Position numbers and translations under genes: made by a program. 64,000 bases of DNA from Eledone cirrhosa (Eukaryota). Within the stretch, counting starts at the first letter, position 1, and the number at the start of each line of letters is the position of its first letter. A model generated the notes under the pieces. That model was not told where the DNA came from. It ran no database searches and worked only from the letters and a program-made list of their open reading frames with translations. The stretch spans positions 26,908,001 to 26,972,000 of the forward strand of contig OZ024764.1 in NCBI GenBank assembly GCA_964016885.1, given 5' to 3'. Positions 50,761-62,552 of the stretch are shown here, in pieces.

Positions 50761-50778
50761 AGTATATCTATCACTGTT

Positions 50779-50994
50779 AAGTAATACTGTGATCTGTCGG
50801 CCAACTACATTTTCCAGCCTGTGGCGTTTGGGGGAGTCGGGATACTGACTGCGAGATTCCTATCTTCACTGGCGGCTAGCCTGACGAAGGTGACTGGTGA
50901 AGCTCGTGAGGGCACTTGGTTGTTCCAGCTCCTCAGCCTCGCCATCGCCCGAGGTAACGCTGCAGACGTGCTGGCTTGCCTAAAAAATCATTAG
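50779..50994 (+). pseudogene. CRE-like non-LTR retrotransposon RLE C-terminus
   Basis: One frame reads K*YCDLSANYIFQPVAFGGVGILTARFLSSLAASLTKVTGEAREGTWLFQLLSLAIARGNAADVLACLKNH*. Confidence 0.8.
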
Positions 50995-51077
50995 AGAGGT
51001 TTCCCAGTGCTCCTCGCGATACTGTTATCTTTTGATCTAGTAGCAGCTCGTTTGTCCACCCCTTTCGCCTGCCTTTG

Positions 51078-51262
51078 GTTGTATGTCGTCCTAGATGTGG
51101 GTATTACCTGCTTGTGTGTTGTATGTGGTCCTAGATGTGTGTATTACCTGCTTATGTGGTCCTAGATGTATGTATTACCTGCTGGTGTGTTGTATGTGGT
51201 CCCAGATGTGTGGATTACCTGTTTTTGTGTTGTATGTGGTCCCAAATGTGTGTGCTACCCGC
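51078..51262 (+). repeat. 40-bp minisatellite, ~4.5 copies
   Basis: GTTGTATGTGGTCCTAGATGTGTGTATTACCTGCTTGTGT. Period 40 (51081/51121, 51192/51232), with one shortened unit. Confidence 0.9.
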
Positions 51263-51848
51263 TTCTGTGATTTGTTTCTTCTTTCTCTCTTCCGAGAAAC
51301 AATCCTGTATTTTTTTAATCTATTCCATGCGTTAAGTAATTAGCAGCAACAACAAACCGATTTTCAGTTGTAAAAAGAATCTTTAAACCTTCACCATTTA
51401 CATTAACACATACCATACGTTGTCCCAGCCACAAATAAACAGTAAAAAAAACTTACTTTGCGGTTAAATTCTTCACAATTAAAAGAAAAATATTTCTAAC
51501 ACGTTTCTAGACAACACCAAGTTTACACCTTCAATATCCGGTAAAAGTAAAAACAAATTCTGGAGACATTTAACGAAACGAAACTATGTAAAGAAAAACG
51601 AAAATTAAACGAAGACAAATAGTAAATTTTAATTTTTATTAAATAAAATACCAGTAATTCACTGCAGTAGATTTAATCAACTTTACTCTCTCTGCACGAA
51701 AGAAGAAAAAAATTCCTGACTTAGTGCTTAATATATAGAGAGGGGGAGAGTTTGGTGTTACTTCATATAGAGAGGGGTATTGGAAGAGACTGCCGTGTAG
51801 TAGATATAGAGAGGGAGAGAGTTAGTGCTAATTGATATAAAGAGGGGG

Positions 51849-52003
51849 ATATTCAAATTATCCCCTGTGGGGCGTGCACCCCACGTTGAGAATCCCTCAT
51901 AAATGAATATATGTGAGTGTGTTTCTATGACTGCTATTTCTAGCATGTATGGACACTTTAGAAATAGCAGCGAAAAACGGAAAACAGCAGAAAGAAGGAC
52001 ACA

Positions 52004-52036
<33 letters not shown>

Positions 52037-53748
52037 CAGCTATACACACACCCATATCTACGTATAGGTGTGTGTGCGCGCGTGTATGTATATATAAATA
52101 TATATATTTAAATGTATATATCTGTGCATATATATATATGTATATATGTATATATATATATATATATACAGATACATAATTATATATATATATATACGTG
52201 TGTGACCTTTTTTCTTATGTTTCCCGTGTTTCGCTGCTATTTCTAAAGTGTCCATATATGCTAGAAATAGCAGTCAAATACACCAAACAAACTGCACACC
52301 CGCAAAATTTTTGCCTCGATTTTTGCGATTAAGTAAGACAAGAGTTATCTTTCTTGGCAAATTGTTAAAAAACTTTTGCCTGATTTTAAGCCAAAGTTTT
52401 TTAATGGCTGCCACTTCCGGTTTTTGTTGTGCGTCTACAGGACTGCAGTAAACCTGCTAGAAATAGCAGTCATAGCAACACACTCACATATATTTATTTA
52501 TGAGGGATTCTCAACGTGGGGTGCACGCCCCACAGGGGATAATTTGAATATAATAGGGGTCAATTTGAAAGTCATATAATACGACCCAACTCCCTGTTAC
52601 ACTTCGTATACACATGTTATCGTGTATCTGGCAGCACCTGCGAGAAGTTTGTTTACATTAATAAAAACGATGATTCGTTGTCTTCAGTAGTTCCAAACCT
52701 TTTTTGCTCCATGCCCCACCTCAACGTTTAAAAATTAGGTTTATGTTCCCCTTTAATATAGAAATAAACCGAGTCTTGTAAAAGTGTTACTACTGTAATA
52801 TAAAGTAGAAATGCTTTAATTAAACAAAGCTACGATGCCGCGATGATCAAAACAAACTTCAAAATATAAACAAACTTCTCGTAGCTGCTGCCAGATACAG
52901 GATGACATGTGAACAAAGTGTAACTGGAAGTTTGGTCGTATTATATCACTTTCTAATTGGCCCCTATTAAATTCAAATTGCCCCCTGTGGGGCGTGTACC
53001 CTTCGTTGAGAATCCCTGATATATAAATATACATAAGTGTGTTGTTATGACTGCTATTTCTAGTAGGTTTATGGCTGTCCTGTAGACGCACAACAAAAAC
53101 CGGAAGTGGCAGCCATTAAAAAACTTTGGCTTAAAATCAGCCAAAAGATTTTCAATAATAGTAAAATTTTATTTTTGACAAGGACGATAACTTTTGTCTT
53201 ACTTAATCGCAAAAATCGAGGCAAAAATTTTGCGGGTGTGCAGTTTACACGCTAAAATAAACCTGCTAGAAATAGCAGTCATAGCAACTCACATATATTT
53301 ATATATCATATATATATATATATATATATATCAGCCAAACACACACACTTATATATGTACGTGTGTGTGTGTTGACCGCTATATATATAAATAGCAGCCA
53401 AACACATACACAGACACACATATATATATATATACATGTGTGTGTGTTTGTGTGTGTCCTCTTCTCGTCTATGGCTGCTATTTTTACATTGTCCTTCTTT
53501 TTGTTATTTTTCTCGGGATTTGCCCGGATTCGAACATGCGACCACCTATTTACAATACAGAATCTTTACAGCTTTACTGACTTTTAAGTAATCCAAGTTG
53601 TAACCCCGGATTTAGTAGTGTTTAATTTATTTTGAAGTATTTTATTATTGGCCTTAGTTAGACGATCGTCCAAGACCATGCTGGGGCATATATATATATA
53701 TGTATATATATGTGTGTGTGTGTGTGTATGCTGGGGCATATATATATA

Positions 53749-53801
<53 letters not shown>

Positions 53802-54458
53802 ATATATATATGTGTGTGTGTGTGTCCTTTCTGTTATTCGCTGCTATTTCTAAAGTGTCCATATATATATCATATATATATATATATGATATATAAATAT
53901 ATGTAAGTGAGTTGCTATGACTGCTATTTCTAGCAGGTTTATTTTTAGCGTGTAAACTGCACACCCTCAAAATTTTTGCCTCGATTTTTGCGATTAAGTA
54001 AGACAAAAGTTATCGTCCTTGTCAAAAATAAAATTTTACTATTATTGAAAATCTTTTGGCTGATTTTAAGCCAAAGTTTTTTAATGGCTGCCACTTCCGG
54101 TTTTTGTTGTGCGTCTACAGGACTGCAGTAAACCTGCTAGAAATAGCAGTCATAGCAACACACTCACATATATTTATTTATGAGGGATTCTCAACGTGGG
54201 GTGCACGCCCCACAGGGGATAATTTGAATATAATAGGGGTCAATTTGAAAGTCATATAATACGACCCAACTCCCTGTTACACTTCGTATACACATGTTAT
54301 CGTGTATCTGGCAGCACCTGCGAGAAGTTTGTTTACATTTTGGGGTTTGCTTTGATGATCGCTGCATCGCAGCTTTGTTTAAATAAAGGGTTTCTACTTT
54401 ATATTACAGTAATAACACTTTTACAAGACTCGGATTGTTTTTATATTAAAGGGGACAT
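51849..54458. repeat. Cluster of nested inverted and direct repeats with (AT)n/(GT)n spacers and hAT-like termini
   Basis: 52290-52658 (+), 52867-53246 (-) and 53955-54338 (+) are copies of one unit. 52743-53330 is inverted against ~53870-54458. Termini CAGGGATTCTCAAC (minus strand, ~53018) and CAGTAGTTCCAAACCTTTTT (52685) are present. Confidence 0.88.
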
Positions 54459-54556
54459 GTTTTTTAAACTCTGAACTCAGCATCTTTCTGTTGTTCTCCG
54501 GGATTTTAGCAAAGTATAAAAATATATATATATATATAGATATATATATATATATC

Positions 54557-54705
54557 TGGCAGTCAACCTCAGACTCGAAAAAGCCGCCGCTAATCGTGAT
54601 CGTTGGGGTTATAATTAGACTAAAGTGCTTCCACTGGGCACCATTAGCTGATTGTGATCATTGGAGAATTCTTTCTGCGCTGAAAGAGCCTAGGACTAAA
54701 AGATA
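54557..54705 (+). mobile_element. Possible 3' end of an RTE-like LINE
   Basis: NLRLEKAAANRDRW and ADCDHWR resemble the A.DR..WR ending of RTE ORFs, followed by a short (AT)n tail. The match is short and weak. Confidence 0.3.
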
Positions 54706-55018
54706 TATATATAGATGTCGAAACGGCAGTAGCACAGCCGTTGGGGTCCTGAATATTTTCACATCTATATATGTGTGTGTATTCTGCGACATTTATAATT
54801 ACATAAGCAAGCATATTTGAATAACAAAATTTGAGGTTTAAATACTTTATTTTTTACCAATAACATAGAGAAAGGCATGAACAACACCACATGTTAATTA
54901 CTTTAATATTGAAAGTAGGCTTATAAATATTAAAAAAGCAGATTTTTGTATCTTTCATGGTGGTCTGGTGGGTGATACCAGAGATGGTGGTAGTCCTGGT
55001 TTCGGTTTCAATCCCGGT

Positions 55019-56882
55019 CATGGGTTACATATAAGGTCTCATTTTTTTTTTTCTTTCTTTCAGTTTTCTTCTTATCTCTAGATATAAATATATATACATA
55101 AGGTAATTTGGTAGAATTGTTAGAACATCAGATAGAATTCTTTGCAGTATTTTTCCAGTTCTTTACTCTGAGTTCAACTTTACCTTTCTTCCATTCGGTG
55201 TCGATAAGTCTTGAATATGTCTAACGTAGCAATAATTGGAGCTACTTAACCAAGTTTTCCCAACCTAGTCGATGTCACCTACTGGTTGGCGATTTAAACT
55301 GTTGGCTGGGACAATGACCAACTAATCATTCAGATTCGAACTCACTATGTCTGGCATATATTTTATATTTTATATTTGAATGAAGTTCTGTAAGTAACCT
55401 GGTGGCTTAGATGGCAATACTGCTCGAATAGATGGCTTCTATTATGAAGTTATAAGTTCATTCCCTATCCAGGATTGTAGAATTAATTTTATTTAGTTAT
55501 TATTTAATCAATTGTTTTAACAAACAAATTATATCTATAAAACGCCAAATATAGTGAGTTCAAATCTGACTGACATGCATGGTATATATTTATGTTTCAT
55601 TATACAACGACACAATACACAGGAACTTATAAAGATATGTATATATTGTCCAGGAGTTTCGAGTTTAGTGGGAATTGGTACAACTCTCAATTGGAGCTAG
55701 TTCCTGCAAGATCAGCATAAATAATGTTATACCTTTTCATGAAATCTTGCACACCCGATATTTTATACATGATTATTTAAAGGTGAACAAAAACCAAAGA
55801 ACATTGTGCAGCATTTCTCAACCTTTCTACCCATGTCGATCTCTTGAAATAGTTTTTATGTCTCAGGGAAGCCCTGCATAAAATATACTTTTTCTAACTC
55901 TAGAGCAGTGGTTCCCAAATCGTGTGCTGCGAGATGAAACAAGATGAGCTGCAAAAGACTAAGATTAAGTTTTAAGATGTGAAAAATATAAAACTGAAAT
56001 TTCATATAAAAGTTCAAATATAGCTACAGCCACAAACCTAGGCTCCACACCCCGCAATGCAAAGGATAGTAAGATAGTACCAAGGCCTGACTCACCTCTT
56101 CCACTCCATTGAGACCTCTGCCATACTTGGTCCCTGTACTGCTGATTTCCTCCATAAAGTCGGGAGGAAAGACGACAGGAGCCTCATGAGGAGGGGCGAC
56201 TAATGTAGCAGGTGTCTCTGGCCTTGCTCCGAGGTAACGCTTTTACGTTTCTTCCACAGGTTGCGGCTGAGGGACCACTTAGACTGGGGTGAAGTGTCTG
56301 TCCCTCCCCCGACTTCTTACTTCTTTTTTTTTCTCATTTTCATTTTCTTTTCTCTTCTTGCTTATCTCTGCTATACCACGGCATCAAAAACATATATGAT
56401 ATGTGTATGGATGGTATAGGTGTATTTATATTTAGGATAGTTATCAAAGGTAAATAGACTGGTTGGAACAATAACAGTCTTGTTTATGTATATACACACA
56501 TATATATATATATATATATATATCTGTTTGTTCTTGTATTTCCATAGAAAAGGTAAAGAAAAGAAGAATGCTCTATGTATTGTACAGAGCTATTTAATTA
56601 CATAATAAACAACAGAATATAATTATTCCATGCAAATAGACTTAGACTGGAAAACATTCAGACAGAGAAGAATGGATAATGAGCGTCGTAAGAGAAATTG
56701 GCCAACAATTAATATTAATGGAAATGTAGAAGGATTTCATATTAGTGATATGAATGTTTCGTGTGATCACTGTGGAGCTTTGAAATTTAGAAATGAAAAT
56801 TGTAACTGTTGTAATAAAGGAAAGGTTGTGTTGCCACCATTGCAAATATACCCTGAGAGACTGAGAAATCTCTTTGAAAGAG
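55019..56882 (+). repeat. Duplicated segment, copy C; ends in a truncated Helitron fragment (56630-56882)
   Basis: Near-identical direct repeat of 57612-59472. Confidence 0.95.
55102..55208 (+). mobile_element. Old degenerate SINE relic; copy at ~57697-57805
   Basis: TGGTAGAATTGTTAG head, TGAGTTCAA, and core-like CCTTTCTTCCATTCGGTGTCGATAA. Confidence 0.6.
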
Positions 56883-56902
56883 ATTTCTCAGTCTCTCAGG
56901 GT

Positions 56903-57614
56903 ATATATTCCCGCCGTTGAAATAAACATTTTAATAGAAAAACGGCGGGAATATATGTTACAACCCAATCTATATATATTTGGGTTGTAACATATATTCC
57001 CGCCGTTGAAATAAAAATTTTAATAGGAAAACGGCGGGAACATATGTTACAACCCAATCTATATATATTTGGGTTGTAACATATATTCCCGCCGTTGAAA
57101 TAAAAATTTTAATAGAAAAACGGCGGGAATATATGTTACAGCCCAATCTATATATATTTGGGTTGTAACATATATTCCCGCCGTTGAAATAAAAATTTTA
57201 ATAGAAAAACGGCGGGAATATATGTTACAACCCAATCTACATATATTTGGGTTGTAACATATATTCCCGCCGTTGAAATAAAAATTTTAGTATAAAAACG
57301 GCGGGAATATATATTACAACCCAAACATATATAGGTTGGGTTGTAACATATATTCCCGCCGTTTTTCTATTAAAATTTTTATTTCAACGGCGGGAATATA
57401 TGTTACAACCCCAAAATATGTAGCTTGGATTGTAACATATATTCCCGCCGTTTTTCTATTAAAATTTTTATTTCAACGGCGGGAATATATGTTACAACTC
57501 AAATATATATAGATTGGGTTGTAACATATATTCCCGCCGTTTTTCTATTAAAATTTTTATTTCACCGGCAGGAATATGTTACAACCCAAATATATATATA
57601 TTGAGTTGTAACAT
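56903..57614. repeat. 89-bp internally palindromic tandem repeat, ~8 copies, with orientation flip near 57330
   Basis: Each unit is a 28-bp arm (TTGGGTTGTAACATATATTCCCGCCGTT), a 22-nt spacer, the reverse complement of the arm, and an 11-nt spacer. Period 89 (56992/57081). Confidence 0.96.
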
Positions 57615-59073
57615 GGGTTACATATAAGGTCTCATTTTTTTTCTTTTCTTTCTTTCAGTTTTCTTCTTATCTCTAGATATAAATATATATACATAAGGTA
57701 ACTTGGTAGAATTGTTAGAACATCAGATAGAATTCTTTGCAGTATTTTTCCAGTTCTTTACTCTGAGTTCAACTTTACCTTTCTTCCATTCAGTGTCGAT
57801 AAGTCTTGAATATGTCTAACGTAGCAATAACTGGAGCTACTTAACCAAGTTTTCCCAACCTAGTCGATGTCACCTACTGGTTGGCGATTTAAACTGTTGG
57901 CTGCGACAATGACCAACTAATCAGTCAGATTCGAACTCACTATGTCTGGCATATATTTTATATTTTATATTTGAATGAAGTTCTGTAAGTAACCTGGTGG
58001 CTTAGATGGCAATACTGCTCGAATAGATGGCTTCTAGTTCATTCCCTATCCAGGATTGTAGAATTAATTTTATTTAGTTATTATTTAATCAATTGTTTTA
58101 ACAAACAAATTATATCTATAAAACGCCAAATATAGTGAGTTCAAATCTGACTGACATGCATGGTATATATTTATGTTTCATTATACAGCGACACAATACA
58201 CAGGAACTTATAAAGATATGTATATATTGTCCAGGAGTTTCGAGTTTAGTGGGAATTGGTACAACTCTCAGTTGGAGCTAGTCCCTGCAAGATCAGCATA
58301 AATAATGTTATACCTTTTCATGAAATCTTGCACACCCGATATTTTATACATGATTATTTAAAGGTGAACAAAAACCAAAGAACATTGTGCAGCATTCTCA
58401 ACCTTTCTACCCATGTCGATCTCTTGAAATAGTTTTTATGTCTCAGGGAAGCCCTGCATAAAATATACTTTTTCTATCTCTAGAGCAGTGGTTCCCAAAT
58501 CGTGTGCTGAGAGATGAAACAAGATGAGCTGCAAAAGACTAAGATTAAGTTTTATGATGTGAAAAATATAAAACTGAAATTTCATATAAAAGTTCAAATA
58601 TAGCTACAGCCACAAACCTAGGCTCCACACCCCGCAATGCAGAGGATAGTAAGATAGTACCAAGGCCTGACTCACCTCTTCCACTCCATTGAGACCTCTG
58701 CCATACTTGGTCCCTGTACTGCTGATTTCCTCCATAAAGTCGGGAGGAAAGACGACAGGAGCTTCATGAGGAGGGGCGACTATTGTAGCAGGTGTCTCTG
58801 GCCTTGCTCTGAGGTAACGCTTTTACGTTTCTTCCACAGGTTGCGGCTGAGGGACCACTTAGACTGGGGTGAAGTGTCTGTCCCTCCCCCGACTTCTTAC
58901 TTCTTTTTTTTTCTCATTTTCATTTTCTTTTCTCTTCTTGCTTATCTCTGCTATACCACGGCATCAAAAACATATATGATATATGTATGTATGGTATAGG
59001 TGTATTTATATTTAGGATAGTTATCAAAGGTAAATAGACTGGTTGGAGCAATAACAGTCTTGTTTATGTATGT

Positions 59074-59118
<45 letters not shown>

Positions 59119-59979
59119 TGTTCTTGTATTTCCATAGAAAAGGTAAAGAAAAGAAGAATGCTCTATGTATTGTACAGAGCTATTTAATTACATAATAAAC
59201 AACAGAATATAATTATTCCATGCAAATAGACTTAGAATGGAAAACATTCAGACAGAGAAGAATGGATAATGAGCGTCGTAAGAGAAATTGGCCAACAATT
59301 AATATTAATGGAAATGTAGAAGAATTTCATATTAGTGATATGAATGTTTCGTGTGATCACTGTGGAGCTTTGAAATTTAGAAATGAAAATTGTAACTGTT
59401 GTAATAAAGGAAAGGTAGTGTTGCCACCATTGCAAATATACCCTGAGAGACTGAGAAATCTCTTTGAAAGAGGCCAGGAAGCAGTTGATTTCACAGAAAC
59501 ATCTGCAATTAAAACTACATTTATTTCACTTCATTTGGTGTTACCACCCGGCAGAGGCCCGTATAGATTTCATATTCAGGGTCAAACATATCAATACACA
59601 CCCATCTCTGTAACCTGCAGAAAATACACCACAATATGGCCAGTTATATATTATTGATGGGAACGAAGGTGTGTAGCACAGATTGGAAGTACAACCAAAT
59701 AATTGTTTCTGGCACAAGGCCAGCAATTACTGGTACTTTATTCTATCGACCTCATAAGGATGAAAACAAAGTCAACCTTAGAGGGATTTGAACCCAGAAC
59801 GTAAAGGGCCATAACCCTATGCTGCAAAGCATGGTGTCTGACGCTCTACCGATACTGCCAATCCACTGCCCTAGTCCCAACAAATAATGACTGCTCACCA
59901 CAAAAAATGGCTATGATAAGAGAGGTGTTGCATGAATATAATCCATATGTCGAAGTGTACAATACAATGCATGGCATCA
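57612..59979 (+). repeat. Duplicated segment, copy D
   Basis: Direct repeat of 55019-56882, continuing as 10640-11150. Confidence 0.95.
59220..59979 (+). pseudogene. Helitron Rep-Hel 5' part (copy D)
   Basis: Same Zn-finger and GPYxFHIQGQ motifs. Colinear with 47062-47821. Confidence 0.88.
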
Positions 59980-61534
59980 CAAATGAATATATATATATAT
60001 ACTACTAAAGTGTATGTAAAATTTTAAAATAAATACTTAAATTCAATTTGTATAATTACACATACAATATGTTTTGTTGTAAAACCCTAAATAATGATTT
60101 AAGAAATGATGTCAATCTCTTTGTACAGAGAAAAACAATTTATATATATGCATCGTGTATACTCCATTTAAGACAGCGAAAAACCTAGTACCTCCTTCAA
60201 AGAATGCCAAATAGTTTATGCCTAAGGTGTAACACTAATTAAGTTACTGGTATAGATATTTCAGTTGAACCCTGCTTCAAACATGCATATTATTATTATA
60301 TATTTTCAAACACACTTACATACATTATATTTATACACATAGAAATGTTAAAACTAAAGTATAATGATATAACAACAGTATATAATAGTTTTCTTCACTT
60401 TATTGAGATGCAATCGTTTTAAAGAAAAAACATGACAGTATAAGAAATATTTAATATGATAACATAATATTTCAGGTAGGATGGTGGTTTCTCTTTGAAC
60501 TAATAATTGTTTCTACTTTAGGCACAAGGCCAGCAATTAACCAGTACATTACTGGTACTTTATTTTATCGACCCCGTAAGGATGAAAGGCAAAGTTAACC
60601 TCGGATCGTAAAGGGACGTAACTATGCTGGAAAGCATGGCGTCAGACCCTCTACCGATACTGCCAATTCACCATACAGTATAATTATACAAATATGCATA
60701 TAGATAGCAATATATATACACTAATATGTATGTACATATTTATACATATATACATATATATAGGGAGAGAGAGAGACACATGTATGTATATATATATACA
60801 CATGCGTGTATGTATGTGTTTATGTACATTCTTCGGTATATATATATGAGTCACGGTTTATTACACATTGGAGACACAGAGAGAAAGAGTTGAAACGAGA
60901 GGTGAGAGAGTTGAAACAAGAGAGGAGAGAGTTGAAACGAGAAAAGAGAGAGAGAGTTGAAACGAGAGGAGAGAGAGAGAGAGTTGTAACGAGAGGAGAG
61001 AGAGAGAGAGAGTTGAAACGAGAGGAGAGAGAGTTGAAACGAGGAGAGAGTTGAAACAAGAGGGTGAGGGGAGAGAGGGGAGAGAGTGATGAAACGAGTC
61101 GGAGATAGAGTGTGAAAGAGAGAGAGAGAGGAAGAGAGAGAGAGAGAGGAAGAGAGAGAGAGAGGAAGAGAGAGAGAGAAAGAGAGAGAGAGAGGAAGAG
61201 AGAGAGAGGAAGAGAGAGAGAGGAAGAGGGAGAGGGGGGATGAAACAAGAGGGTGAGGGATGAAACAAGAGAGAGAGGGGAGAGAAAGAGAGAGGGGAGA
61301 GAAAGAGAGAGGGGAGAGAAAGAGAGAGAGAGAGAGAGAACGAATTGAAACAAGAGAGAGATGAAACAAGTGAGGGATTAGAGTGTTGAAACAAGAGAGA
61401 GAGGAAGAGAGAGAGAGAGCAAGATGGAACGAGAGAGAGAGAGCGAGATGAAATGAGAGCGAGATGAAACGAGAGAGAGAGAGAGTGAGATGAAATGAGA
61501 GAGAGAGAGAGCGAGAGAGAGAGCGAGATGAAAC

Positions 61535-61566
<32 letters not shown>

Positions 61567-62552
61567 TGAAATGAGACAGAGAGAGCGAGATGAAACGAGA
61601 GAGAGAGAGAGCGAGATGAAATGAGAGAGTGAGTGCGAGATGAAATGAGAGAGAGTGAGAGCGAGATGAAATGAGAGAGAGAGAGCGAGATGAAACGAGA
61701 GAGAGAGAGAGCGAGATGAAATGAGAGAGAGTCAGAGCGAGATGAAATGAGAGAGTGAGAGCGAGATGAAATGAGAGAGAGAGAGCGAGATGAAATGAGA
61801 GAGAGTGAGAGCGAGATGAAATGAGAGAGAGAGAGCGAGATGAAATGAGAGAGAGAGGAAACGAGACTAGAGAGCGAGATGAAACAGGAGAGAGAGAGCG
61901 AGATGAAACAGGAGAGAGAGAGCGAGATGAAACAGGAGAGAGAGAGCGAGATGAAACGAGAGGGAGAGAGAGATGAAATGAGAGAGCGAGAGAGAGATAG
62001 AGGGAGATGAAACGACAGAGAGAGAGACAGATGAAACGAGAGAGAGAAATAGAGATGAAACGAGAGAGAGTGATGAAACGAGAGAGAGGAAGAGAGAGAT
62101 GGAACGAGAGAGAGGAAGAGAGAGATGGAACGAGAGAGAGGAAGACAGAGATGAAATGAGAGAGAGGAAGACAGAGATGAAACGAGAGAGAGAGAGAGCG
62201 AGATGAAACGAGAGAGAGAGAGCGCGAGATGAAACTCTGTCATGTAATGTTATGGACATATCTGCCCCTGGGGCTAATAATTCTGTCATGTAATGTTATG
62301 GTCATGTCTGCACCTGTGGCTAATAAATCTGTCATGTAATGTTATGGTCATCTCTGCCCCTGTGGCTAATAATTCTGTCATGTAATGTTATGGACATCTC
62401 TGCCCCTGTGGCTAATAATTCTGACATGTAATGTTATGGACATCTCTGCCCCGGTGGCTAATAATTCTGACATGTAATGTTATGGACATCTCTGCCCCTG
62501 TGGCTAATAATTCTGACATGTAATGTTATGGACATTGCTATCTTGTTTCATC
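59980..62552 (+). other. ~2.6-kb insert in the Helitron: AT-rich segment with SINE, GTTGAAAC lead-in, one GA block and ~6.5 46-bp monomers
   Basis: Flanks GGCATCA|...|TCAAACAGC compared with the empty site GGCATCAAACAGC at 47815-47827. Confidence 0.85.

Noticed and set aside
52259-52275. GCTAGAAATAGCA matches the Cas9 sgRNA scaffold loop
   Set aside because: The flanking scaffold sequence is absent. It is a generic GAAA-tetraloop hairpin within a genomic repeat.
51949-54006. Short Y/I/C/V-rich ORFs
   Set aside because: They are translations of (AT)n/(GT)n microsatellites.
53520-55480. tRNA-like boxes at ~53525 (-), ~54960-55020 and ~55400-55475
   Set aside because: No cloverleaf could be built. 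They are at most decayed SINE heads and too weak to call.
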